Positions 10,343-20,500 of a stretch of 64,000 nucleotides of DNA are shown piece after piece. A program made the position numbers and the translations under genes. The stretch is from the NCBI GenBank assembly GCA_963663475.2, contig CAXXJV010000001.1, positions 2,336,001-2,400,000 of the forward strand, read 5' to 3'. The DNA is from Candidatus Cloacimonadales bacterium. GTDB lineage: Bacteria > Cloacimonadota > Cloacimonadia > Cloacimonadales > JAFGVF01. The first letter of the stretch is position 1, and each line of letters begins with the position of its first letter. Below the pieces are notes generated by a model. That model was not told where the DNA came from. It saw nothing but the letters and a program-made list of their open reading frames with translations, and made no database searches.

Positions 10343-12262
10343 TCATATTAAATTTTTCTTAGTGATGTTTCTGTAATCATCTTTTCTCTGAGTTATACCT
10401 AATTTATCAAAGATCTCTAAATAGTAAAGAGCAATCTTTCTATTTGTTCCAAGCATATCTCTAAAGTCTGCAATTCTAAAAGCTTGGTCTTTGAACTCTT
10501 CTTTCATTTTTGAAAGAATTTCTTCTAATTCTTGAAGACTTACATATAGATTATCATAAAAGAGGACTCTTTTCATTTCAATTAGTGAATTCATGATCGA
10601 GTTGAATTCCTGATTCTTAAGATTATACTTAATTTTAATATTTTCCTTAGTAACTTCTTCTGGGATTTCCTTTTTAAAACTATTGATATACTGTATTATA
10701 TCTTGTCTTTTATTCAGTAAATCAGTAAAATCTTGAGGATTATGATTTATCGGACAATAAGTATTTTGAGTAATCTTAAGTTTCTTAGAATCGACCATGT
10801 TATCCAAGATTATCTTTATACTATTCTTATCTAGTTTTTCCTTTGTTGAAAGAAGATATTTAGCAATATCACTTACATCTAGACCTTTTTCAGATAGGCA
10901 ATTATTGATCTGATTATGTCTCACAATTCTAATAATCTCATTATGAATCTTGTTTAAGTGAGATAAGATTATATATATTTCTAAATCATTTTGCTGGATA
11001 ATGGCCACTTCATCTGCTAAAGAATTAGCTAAATCTCTTACTCTTTCTTCTGGGATATTTAGTTTTAGACTTAAGTCTCGGCTATTTTCGATATCAATAC
11101 TTTTTTCAATTTCGTGGAGTAGCAAGTATTTCATATCAGATTCTGCTAGTTTTTGTAAATCTTCTATAAGTCCTTTAGGTCTTTTTCTATGTTTAAGAGG
11201 AAATGCATCAATAATTCTTCCTCCTCCAATGGTATAATTATTGGAAGTATCTCTTAAGATGTACTTATCATTATAATAGAAAAATGAACCTGTATCAAGA
11301 GTAATCTGGACAATTGCCCTAGAATTTTCTTTGAGTTCGTCACAATCAATAAGATGAACCTTAGCTTTACTCTTAAAAGTTCCAGAGAGAAATATAACAG
11401 TAGTCCACAGTTTTAATTTACTAGCTGAAAAGTTATCTAAAACACAATCTAGGAGTAAACTCATCTCTCTGGGATAGTTTGTTATAAGCATACCTCTTTT
11501 GAAGTCACTCTTCTTTAAACCAACCACATTTAAAGAAGCTCTATCACCTGCCTTAAGTTCATCAACTTCCTTATGAAACTTTTGCATTCCTCTAATTCTT
11601 AGATCCTTCCTTAAGGGTAACAAGGTAAGTTCATCTTGTTTGTGAATTTTACCACTCAAGACAGAACCATTTATGATTGTCCCATGTCCTTCAGAAGTAA
11701 AAATACGATCAATATACATTCTAAAAATTAAACCTAAATCTCGTTCATCAGTATTATCAATTTGATTAACAATTTCAGCTTTTATATCTTCTAAACCTTG
11801 ACCACTTTTTGTAGAAACTTTGATAATATTTGAATTCTCAAGGAAAGTTCCTTCAGTAAATTCTTGGATTTCTGCAATAGCTAATTCAAGCAAATCTTCG
11901 TCAACTAAATCAATTTTAGTCAAAGCTATAAAACCAGATTTTATATTGAGTAATTGCATAATTTTCATATGTTCTATTGTTTGTGGCATGATTCCACTAT
12001 CTGCAGCAATTACTAACATAACAAAGTCAATTCCAGATGCACCAGATATCATAGTATTAACAAAATCTTTATGACCTGGGACATCGATAACACCTACCTG
12101 ATGATCTTGATCAATAGAGATATTAGTAAAGCCTAAATGAATAGTAATGCCTCTACTTTGTTCTTCTTTATGAGTATCGCAGTCAAAACCAGTTAAGGCT
12201 CTGATTAGCGAAGTTTTACCATGATCTACATGACCAGCTGTTCCAAGAATTAAGTGTTTCAT
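10343..12262 (-). CDS. selB: Selenocysteine-specific elongation factor
   Basis: GTAGHVDHGKT, DVPGH, TKID, IDRIF, C-terminal winged helix (FRDMLGTNRK...R). Adjacent to selA and selC. Confidence 0.95.
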   Translation of the reverse strand: MKHLILGTAGHVDHGKTSLIRALTGFDCDTHKEEQSRGITIHLGFTNISIDQDHQVGVIDVPGHKDFVNTMISGASGIDFVMLVIAADSGIMPQTIEHMKIMQLLNIKSGFIALTKIDLVDEDLLELAIAEIQEFTEGTFLENSNIIKVSTKSGQGLEDIKAEIVNQIDNTDERDLGLIFRMYIDRIFTSEGHGTIINGSVLSGKIHKQDELTLLPLRKDLRIRGMQKFHKEVDELKAGDRASLNVVGLKKSDFKRGMLITNYPREMSLLLDCVLDNFSASKLKLWTTVIFLSGTFKSKAKVHLIDCDELKENSRAIVQITLDTGSFFYYNDKYILRDTSNNYTIGGGRIIDAFPLKHRKRPKGLIEDLQKLAESDMKYLLLHEIEKSIDIENSRDLSLKLNIPEERVRDLANSLADEVAIIQQNDLEIYIILSHLNKIHNEIIRIVRHNQINNCLSEKGLDVSDIAKYLLSTKEKLDKNSIKIILDNMVDSKKLKITQNTYCPINHNPQDFTDLLNKRQDIIQYINSFKKEIPEEVTKENIKIKYNLKNQEFNSIMNSLIEMKRVLFYDNLYVSLQELEEILSKMKEEFKDQAFRIADFRDMLGTNRKIALYYLEIFDKLGITQRKDDYRNITKKNLI

Positions 12263-12264
12263 AA

Positions 12265-13629
12265 TTATAAGTATAGTTTATTGATCTCTTGCGAGATATA
12301 TTGTATGTCAGAATCATCGACACTAATAATATCGATAATTAAGTTACCTTGAGATAAATAAGTAACTATAGGTTTATCTAGTTCTAATAATTTAAGATAG
12401 TTTTTAGCATTTAATTCTTCAGCTTCTTTAATTTGGATAGCAAAAGAATCTAATTCTTCACCAGGCATAGAACCACCACCAGTTTTAGCTTTGGAAGAAA
12501 TGACATCGTGCTTAATATCTTGACTAATAAGATTACATAGTTGATCTGCTCTATTTCTAAGTGTTGATTGAGATTGATTTAGCATCTTAAAGAAAGGAAT
12601 CTGACCATAATCATTTTCAAAATCTAAATAATTTTTCAGGGTGTAATAGAGAACAGCATCAGTTAGCTTACCAACCCGTAGTATTCTATAAAGTGGATTC
12701 TTTTTTAGTCTATCAATATATTCTTTTTTGCCTACAATAAGACCAGCTTGAGTTGCTCCGAGTAACTTATCTCCACTAAAACTAACTAGATCAATATCCA
12801 TATCAATAATTTCTTTAACTGAATGGTCCCATTTGATATTTATGTTATCTTTAGGTAATATTAAACCTGAACCAAGATCATAGTAAGAAATCAGACTGTT
12901 AGCTTTTGCTAAAGGAATTAAATCTTTAATATCTGTTTCTTCAGTGAACCCTATAATTTGAAAGTTAGATTGATGAACTTTCATAATCATAGAAGTATTA
13001 TTAGATATATTATTCTGATAGTCGGATAATTTAGTTTTATTGGTAGTACCAATTTCTTTAAGATTTGCTCCACTCATAGCCATAATATCAGGAACTCTAA
13101 AAGACCCACCAATTTCAACAAGCTCTCCCCGTGAAACTAGAACATCTGTGTTACGGGAAAATTCATTAAGTATCAGATAGGTTGCAGAAGCATTATTATT
13201 AACTACTAGAGCTGATTCAGCATTCGTTAAGTTACAGAGAAGTTGCTTTATGTAGTCTCCCCTCTTTCCACGTCTGCCTGTTTGTAGGTCAAATTCAACA
13301 TTTACATAATTAGTTAGTAATTCAGTGACTTGATTCATAACCTTTTTACTGAGAATAGCTCTTCCTAAATTAGTATGGAGTAGTGTTCCAGTACAGTTTA
13401 TTAGAGCTTTAAGCTCAGTAGGTTTATATTTCTTAAGGTCAGATTTAATCATATGTATAACATCACTTTTTTCAATTTTCATACCAGCTTTGATCTTTGT
13501 TCTTATGTCTGTAATAGATTTATTAAGAAGATCTTTTGCCTTGTCCTTTCCTAGTTGAGAAATTAAATCTTGCAAATCAATGTTTTCCAGAAGTGAGTTT
13601 ATTGATGGAATTACCGTGTAATCATTCAT
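12265..13629 (-). CDS. selA: L-seryl-tRNA(Sec) selenium transferase
   Basis: INCTGTLLHTNLGRA, VNNNA, SRGELVEIGGSFR, VHQSNF, DLGSG, FSGDKLLG. Confidence 0.97.
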   Translation of the reverse strand: MNDYTVIPSINSLLENIDLQDLISQLGKDKAKDLLNKSITDIRTKIKAGMKIEKSDVIHMIKSDLKKYKPTELKALINCTGTLLHTNLGRAILSKKVMNQVTELLTNYVNVEFDLQTGRRGKRGDYIKQLLCNLTNAESALVVNNNASATYLILNEFSRNTDVLVSRGELVEIGGSFRVPDIMAMSGANLKEIGTTNKTKLSDYQNNISNNTSMIMKVHQSNFQIIGFTEETDIKDLIPLAKANSLISYYDLGSGLILPKDNINIKWDHSVKEIIDMDIDLVSFSGDKLLGATQAGLIVGKKEYIDRLKKNPLYRILRVGKLTDAVLYYTLKNYLDFENDYGQIPFFKMLNQSQSTLRNRADQLCNLISQDIKHDVISSKAKTGGGSMPGEELDSFAIQIKEAEELNAKNYLKLLELDKPIVTYLSQGNLIIDIISVDDSDIQYISQEINKLYL

Positions 13630-13654
13630 TGAATCATTCCTTTAAACTATTTAA

Positions 13655-13685
13655 TTAAAAATATGAGTCGGATTTCTCCGACTCA
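13655..13685 (-). terminator. Hairpin and U-tract between selC and selA (intrinsic terminator or attenuator)
   Basis: On the minus strand, TGAGTCGGA-GAAA-TCCGACTCA followed by TATTTTT. Confidence 0.7.
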
Positions 13686-13689
13686 AATT

Positions 13690-13784
13690 TGGCTGAGAGG
13701 GCAGGAATCGAACCTGCCAAAGACGGTTTTATCCGCCTCTTATCGGTTTTGAAGACCGACTGAACCACCAGATTCATCCTCCCG
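13690..13784 (-). tRNA. selC: tRNA-Sec (UCA), 7/5 fold, CCA encoded
   Basis: CGGGAGG-A-TGAATC(TGGT)GGTTCA-GTCGGT(CTTCAAA)ACCGAT-long variable arm-GCAGG(TTCGATT)CCTGC-CCTCTCA-G-CCA. 6-bp D stem with 4-nt loop, TCA anticodon at 13750-13752, G73. Confidence 0.95.
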
Positions 13785-13797
13785 TTATTATTTCAAT

Positions 13798-15636
13798 TTA
13801 GTAGATATCTTTTTTACTTTCTTGGATAGCATTTAGAGTTTCGTAATGCATTCCAGGGATAATATTAACTGCATGAACAGGGCAAACATCAGCACAGTTA
13901 CCGCATTTAACACAATCAAGTTGGTGAATAGTATATTTTTCTTCTCTACTACCAGTAATACAGTTTACAGGGCATTTTCTTGCACATAGAGAACAACCAA
14001 TACATTTTTCTTTATCTATATCAAAGTGAATTAGTGAAGTACAAACTTTAGCTGGACATGATTTATCTTTAATATGAGCATCATATTCTTCTCTAAAGTA
14101 TCTAATAGTACTTAATACAGGATTTGGAGCTGTTTGACCAAGACCACATAGAGATGATTTTTTAATATCGTTGCCTAGTCTGATTAACTCTTCAATATCC
14201 CCTTCTTTACCTTTTCCACTAGTAATGTTTTCCATTATACCATACATTTGTTTCAGGCCTAAACGACATGGGAAACATTTACCACAAGATTCTTCAACTG
14301 AGAAGTCTAAGAAGAATTTTGCAACATTTACCATACAGTTAGTATCATTCATAACAATAACACCACCAGAACCCATCATAGCACCTTTTTCGAGAAGTGA
14401 TTCATAGGTAATAGGAGTATCTAAATCTTTTTCAGTAAGACAACCACCTGAAGGGCCACCAAGCTGAACAGCTTTAAATTTTCTTCCATTAGTGATTCCA
14501 CCACCAACTTCAAAGATTAAATCTCTTAAGGTAATCCCCATTGGAACTTCTACAAGACCTGTATTCTTTACATCACCAGTTAAAGCAAAAACTTTTGTTC
14601 CTTTTGATTTACCTACACCCATTGATGCAAACCATTCTGCACCCTTAGTATAGATAGAAGTAAGGTTAGCTAAAGTCTCAACATTATTTACAACTGTTGG
14701 TTTTTCCCATAAACCCTTTTCAGCAGGGAATGGTGGTTTAGGAGTAGGCTGTCCTCTCATACCTTCGATTGAATGAATAAGAGCAGTTTCTTCACCACAA
14801 ACAAAAGCACCAGCTCCAGTTCTAACTTCTGCATCAAAAGCAAAACCACTTTCAAATATATTTTCACCTAGGAGCCCTACTTCACGCATGTTCTCCATAG
14901 CCATATTAATTCTCTTAATAGCAAGAGGATATTCAGCTCTAATATAGAAATAACCCTTTGAAGCTCCAATTGCATAACCAGCAATCATCATACCTTCAAT
15001 AACTCTATATGGGTCACCTTCAAGAAGTGATCTATCCATGAATGCGCCAGGGTCGCCTTCGTCAGCATTACAGATAATGTATTTTTGATCAGCTTTATTG
15101 TTAAAACCAAATTGCCATTTAAGACCAGTAGGGAATCCACCGCCACCACGGCCTCTAAGTCCTGATTCTTTTACTACATCAATAGTATCTTGTTGGCTCA
15201 TTTCTGAAAGTACTTTACCAATAGCTTCAAATCCACCTGTTGCAATGTATTCTTCTATTGATTCTGGATCAATATGTCCACAGTTTTCTAAAGCAACTTT
15301 TACTTGTTTTTGGTAAAAAGGAATCTCTTTTTTAGTAGCTTTTAATTTTTCATCTTCAGTAACCATTAAGCGCTGAACAGGTCTTCCCTTTAAGAAGTGT
15401 TCTGAAACGATTTCTTCTACATCTTCTACAGTAACTTTTTGATAAAAGACACCTTCAGGATAAACCATCATAACAGGGCCAAAATCACATGGTCCCATAC
15501 AACCTGTTTCAATGATATTTACTTCAGAGCGTAAGTCATTTTTTTCTAATAATTCGATAAATTTATTTTTAATTTTCAAAGATCCAGCTGATACACAACC
15601 GGAACCACAACATATAAGTAAGTCAATTCTTTTCAT
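13798..15636 (-). CDS. NADH-binding FMN/Fe-S subunit (HydB/HndC/NuoF-like), electron-bifurcating type
   Basis: N-terminal [2Fe-2S] domain, GLRGRGGGGFP, CNADEGDPGAFMDR, CGEETAL, GGPSGG, ESCGKCFPCR, C-terminal 2x[4Fe-4S]. Confidence 0.92.
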   Translation of the reverse strand: MKRIDLLICCGSGCVSAGSLKIKNKFIELLEKNDLRSEVNIIETGCMGPCDFGPVMMVYPEGVFYQKVTVEDVEEIVSEHFLKGRPVQRLMVTEDEKLKATKKEIPFYQKQVKVALENCGHIDPESIEEYIATGGFEAIGKVLSEMSQQDTIDVVKESGLRGRGGGGFPTGLKWQFGFNNKADQKYIICNADEGDPGAFMDRSLLEGDPYRVIEGMMIAGYAIGASKGYFYIRAEYPLAIKRINMAMENMREVGLLGENIFESGFAFDAEVRTGAGAFVCGEETALIHSIEGMRGQPTPKPPFPAEKGLWEKPTVVNNVETLANLTSIYTKGAEWFASMGVGKSKGTKVFALTGDVKNTGLVEVPMGITLRDLIFEVGGGITNGRKFKAVQLGGPSGGCLTEKDLDTPITYESLLEKGAMMGSGGVIVMNDTNCMVNVAKFFLDFSVEESCGKCFPCRLGLKQMYGIMENITSGKGKEGDIEELIRLGNDIKKSSLCGLGQTAPNPVLSTIRYFREEYDAHIKDKSCPAKVCTSLIHFDIDKEKCIGCSLCARKCPVNCITGSREEKYTIHQLDCVKCGNCADVCPVHAVNIIPGMHYETLNAIQESKKDIY

Positions 15637-15647
15637 CTCTACCTCGT

Positions 15648-16010
15648 TTAGTCTCTGCTTATAATATAATCGTTTACTGGTTGTCCGTTAACAATATGTT
15701 CTGAAATTACTTTTTTTGCTTTTTCAGGGCTCATATTTCCATAAGTAATAGTTTCTTTACCTTCTTCAATAACATCAACTACAGGTTCCATGGAAGAAAG
15801 GCCTTTTTCACCTGTTTGAGTTACTACCACATCAAGAATTTTTCTTGTTGCTATTTCATCTAAGAAAGTCTTCATTACTTCACGGGCTCCCATAGCAATA
15901 CCAGAAGTTCCCATGCCAACAACTATTTTTATTCTACTTCCCGCATTTCTCAATTGCATATCCTGCTGAGCTTTCTCGCGTATTTTTCTGAGGTCAGCTA
16001 ATGTTTTCAT
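15648..16010 (-). CDS. Thioredoxin-like ferredoxin subunit (HydD/HndB-like) with no cysteines
   Basis: VVGMGTSGIAMGA...QTGEKGLSSMEP...YG...EHIVNG aligns with the HndB pattern VGMGTCGIAAGA...TGCxGxCxxEP. Confidence 0.8.
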   Translation of the reverse strand: MKTLADLRKIREKAQQDMQLRNAGSRIKIVVGMGTSGIAMGAREVMKTFLDEIATRKILDVVVTQTGEKGLSSMEPVVDVIEEGKETITYGNMSPEKAKKVISEHIVNGQPVNDYIISRD

Positions 16011-16579
16011 CAGATTTCTCCCATTTTTGTATTTTTTATTCCATTATTTACATCTTCCATGATAAATTGAATAACGTCCGGATAAGTCAAAGGAATGTCT
16101 CCCAACTCCTCTTTAATTAATCTAGTATCAAATTCATACTCAAAATTTTGTTCCTGCGTATTATGAGAAATTCGTAAGTAAAAATCTGTTTCCGGATGTC
16201 CAATTAAGGAACCGATTATAGTGTCTGCCAGACTTCCAACTGGCATTCTATCAATATGGCTTTTTTTAAATGAAGCTTCCAATTCTGTGCCCTGTCCTAA
16301 TTTACTTTTAACATCAAAGGAGCCATCACATAGTTCTGCGTTTTGCATAAAAAGTGGAATACCTAAGCCAACTTTTTTTTCACGTGATGTTTTAGATGTA
16401 TAAAAAGGATTCAAAGCATTATTGAGAGTTTCTTCATCCATCCCAGAACCATTATCGGTTATTTTAAACTTCAATATATCATTATTTTCATCAGCATCTA
16501 TAAATATTTGGATAAGTGAAGCTCCAGCTCTAGCTGAATTCTCAATAATATCTAATAGATGGAGTGATAAATCTTGCAT
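16010..16579 (-). CDS. Stand-alone HATPase_c (histidine-kinase-like ATPase) of hydrogenase operons
   Basis: LHLLDIIENS, DNGSGM, NPFYTSK, GLGIPLF, HIDRMP. Confidence 0.85.
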   Translation of the reverse strand: MQDLSLHLLDIIENSARAGASLIQIFIDADENNDILKFKITDNGSGMDEETLNNALNPFYTSKTSREKKVGLGIPLFMQNAELCDGSFDVKSKLGQGTELEASFKKSHIDRMPVGSLADTIIGSLIGHPETDFYLRISHNTQEQNFEYEFDTRLIKEELGDIPLTYPDVIQFIMEDVNNGIKNTKMGEI

Positions 16580-16584
16580 TATTA

Positions 16585-17067
16585 TTAACGATAGTGGTTA
16601 AGAATTTCAACAACTTGTGCTTTAGTTTCGATTCTGCCATAAGTTTCTTCACCTATAACAAAAACAGGTGCTAATGAACAAGCACCAACACATCTTACTG
16701 CTGAAAGAGTGAATAAGCCATCAGGAGTAGTTTCACCCATTTCAATGTTTAGTTCTTCACCAATCATTTGAATAATTCTAGGAGCACCTTTAACATAGCA
16801 TGCTGTTCCTGTACAAACATTAATAACATACTTTCCACGAGGTTTCATAGAGAAAAAGTTGTAGAAAGTTACTACACCATAAATCTTGTTAAGTGGTACA
16901 TCAAGTTCCATAGAAATGAACTCTTGTACTTCAATTGGTAAGTAACCAAAAATTGCTTGAGCTTCCCTCAATACTTCAATCAAAGGGTTTCTGAGCTTTT
17001 TCTTTTCAGAAATAATCTCTTTCAACTCTCTGTACATTTGGTTGTCGTAATTAGCTATTTGCGACAT
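16585..17067 (-). CDS. [2Fe-2S] subunit (HydC/HndA/NuoE-like)
   Basis: AQAIFGYLP, VVTFYNFF, CTGTAC, RCVGACSLAP. Confidence 0.92.
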   Translation of the reverse strand: MSQIANYDNQMYRELKEIISEKKKLRNPLIEVLREAQAIFGYLPIEVQEFISMELDVPLNKIYGVVTFYNFFSMKPRGKYVINVCTGTACYVKGAPRIIQMIGEELNIEMGETTPDGLFTLSAVRCVGACSLAPVFVIGEETYGRIETKAQVVEILNHYR

Positions 17068-17513
17068 TTTTCCTCCAATATTATATATTTTTTATTGAAA
17101 TTCATCTTTACTTAATAATTTTGCAATAAAACTTGCCCTTTATCCATGTTAAATAATAACTTAAGACAGTGTTTATGCAGGGGAGAAAGCTTAAGAAATT
17201 AGCATTTTATCTTAGTAATTCTCTTTTAAGAATTATTTTTCTAAAAGTATCAGATTAGTCAACTATCTTTTTTAAAATCTTTATTTTTATAATTTTTTAT
17301 CATGATTTTATACTTATAATTAGTTTAATGTTTATTTATAGCCTTTATTATATAACATGATTAAAGAAATATAATAAATTTTTTTACCATAGGCATTTGT
17401 CCTTTTTATTTTCTGCTTCATCTATCTTTACATAAATGGAATATTAATTGCATAAATTATATAAAGATAATAATATTATAATATAGATAAAATAACTAAA
17501 CAGGATGGCTTAA

Positions 17514-20500
17514 ATGAAAAAACTTATTTTTACGTTTTTTGTACTAACTTGTATCTTTTCTATGAATGCTCTAGTTATTGAAACAGGAAGTCTACGTGAA
17601 TTCCTATATGGACAAGAACCTACTTTAGAGTATGATAATTACGTATCTCATGTCTCTGAAGGAATTGCTTCTCCCAACTATAACTATTATGCACCTTTTG
17701 ATCCTCAAACAAACGGTTTTGGAGATTTCATTATCCCCAATACTGGTCAATTAGATGCTTGGGCTCAAATTTCCCAATCCTTCATAGACCAAGATTGGCA
17801 AGGTGCTCAAGACCTTTTAGATTTCTATGGATTCCCTTATAATGTTGTTCAGTTTAATGATACTGATTATGACAGAACATACTACATGCTTAGGGAAGTT
17901 TTAAATAGTGACACAGATAACAATATTGACACTGATACAGATGATGATGTTGTTGGTTCATTTGATTATGGTTGGGGTTTATATATCTTCAATCCAGATG
18001 CAGCTAACCCAATAATCGTTACTGTTCCTCATCCTACTGATGATTATCCTACAATTGTTTTAGGTTATCACACTTTTGTGAAATGGGACTCTGCATTTTT
18101 GATGGTTTCAGGTGCTGGTAGAGAAGTGAAATGGACTAATGTTCCTCCCTACTGGAACTCAAAATCTATAAGTGATCCAACTCGTAATCTTGACCATCCT
18201 TACAATGAGAGTTACCATGTCTTTGCTGATTATATTAGAGATAATTATGGAAGATTAGAATTCTCAGCCCAAATGCATTCATATGACTGGAACGACCGCC
18301 ATACTGGATATCCTAACACTCAAATCTCTGCTGGAAGTTCTAGAGGTAATGTAAATCTTCCTACTTTTGACCAATCTAATAATGGACAAGACTTACTTCA
18401 TTGGTCAGATGAGATAATTTTCCCAGCTAATACTTTTGGAATTCATAGACAAGTGGATAGAAATGAATATTATGGTATCCATAATACTGTCCATGAACTA
18501 TACTATGACAACAATCCTGAAACACCTATTAATACCTATATAGATCTTCCTGGGTACAGTCAAAACCGACAAATGCAATACACTTTATCAGGAACCACTG
18601 ATTATGATGTTGTTGATCCTTTCTTCCATATAGAAATTGATGAACTTCCTGAAGTATATGATCAAACTGAAGCCAATTACTGGTGGTTTTATGGATATGA
18701 TCCAACCACTGCAAAGTTTGTTCCTGAAAATATCTATCTAATGACAGAAAATTTCTATACTTACTGGATTGATATAATAGCAGAGAATATTGATACTTTT
18801 ATTGGTATTGATAATGATTCTCCTGCTCCTGCAATGCCAGAGAACTTTGCCATGGTTGCAGGGAACTATAGTGATATTTTACTGTCTTGGGATCCTGTGT
18901 CTGACCATAATTTCCAAAGCTATGAAATTCTTTATTCAACAGAACCAATTACAGGTCTTAACTATCAAGTTTTTGATAGAAGCAATAATAATAGCCTTGC
19001 AGACCAAAAAACTACTCAAGTTAATGTAACTGGCTTAACCCCTGATACAGATTACTACTTCCAAATTAGAGCAAAAGACTATTCTGGAAATTATTCAGAG
19101 ACTCATGAAGAAATCACTGCTTATACTACTCCAGTAAAATTTCTTAGTCTTGAAGCTAAAGCTGATGACCCATATATTCAAATTGAATGGAAAACTATGT
19201 ATGAATCTAATTTATCAATCTTCAAAGTAATGCGTAGGAATTTAGGTAGTGAAGATTGGGAAATAGTTTCAGAAAACATTTTAGCTAATAATTCTGCAAA
19301 TTTAAATACTTACACATGGTATGATGAAAGTGCAGAATATGGAAATTATTATGAGTATAAATTACAGGTTTATAATCAAGCTGGTTCAACCTATCAATAT
19401 GATCTTGTTGTTAGTGCTCATTTCTCAGACTTCTTAACTCTTGTAGCTTCTAATAATGATGGAACAGTCTCTGACCAAGTTATCTTTGGTGTGAATGAAG
19501 ATGCTAGTGATTCTTATGAGAGTAAGTATGACCAAACAACTTCAACATCTGGTACAGGAACATACGTCTTAGCTGCTTTCTATGAACAATATTATCAAAG
19601 TGCACAAAGGTATTTAGAGAAAAATATCTATGGCAATATTGATTTAGAAGAAGACTATAAAACATATACATTCCAAGTTAAAAGTTCACTTTATAATCAA
19701 CAGTTAAAAATCACTTTAGAAGATTTTGCTCAAGATAGATTTTCTAGAAAAGTTTGGTTAAAAGAATCAAATAATAACTATGTTGATCTTACCCAAGAAC
19801 CGCTATATTTTACTGTATCAAATTCTAGTTTTAAAACATTCACCCTCTATTATGGTAACATAAACCCAACCCTTGTAATGTCTTCAGCTCCTGCAGAAAA
19901 GATACATCATCCTAATGATATTATTAATTTCCAGTGGTCATATCAAAATAATGAAATGTTAGATCACTATAGATTAGATCTAATTTCCGCAACTGATTCT
20001 GTTAATATTGAAGATAATGTATCAGCAGACACCTACTTCTTCCCTTGGTTAGTTCCATATGAAACAAGTATTGAGGATGCAAAATTTGTTATTACTGCCT
20101 TTGCTAATGATGGTGAAGTCAGACGTTTTGAATCAAGCTGGAATATGGGTGTGCTACCAACAGAGTTAACCTATGACTTTGATGCTGGTTGGCAATTAGT
20201 ATCCCATGTTTGGGAAGCTGATGCACCTTCCGCAAGTGAAATTTTTGGTCCTGGAACTAGTCTAGTTGAATATATGCCAAGTCAGGTTTATGAACCAACT
20301 TTGTTCTATAGCCAAGGTAATGGTTACTGGGCTAATCTTCCTGAAGCCTATCAAACAACCAACAGTGGTGATATAAATAATGAAGAAGTAACTGTGGAAA
20401 TTCATCAAGGCTGGAATCTTTTAGGAAATCCTTATCCTTCTGAAATTGACCTTTCTTCTCTAATCTTTAATGTTGATGGTAGTGATTATACTCTTGGAGA

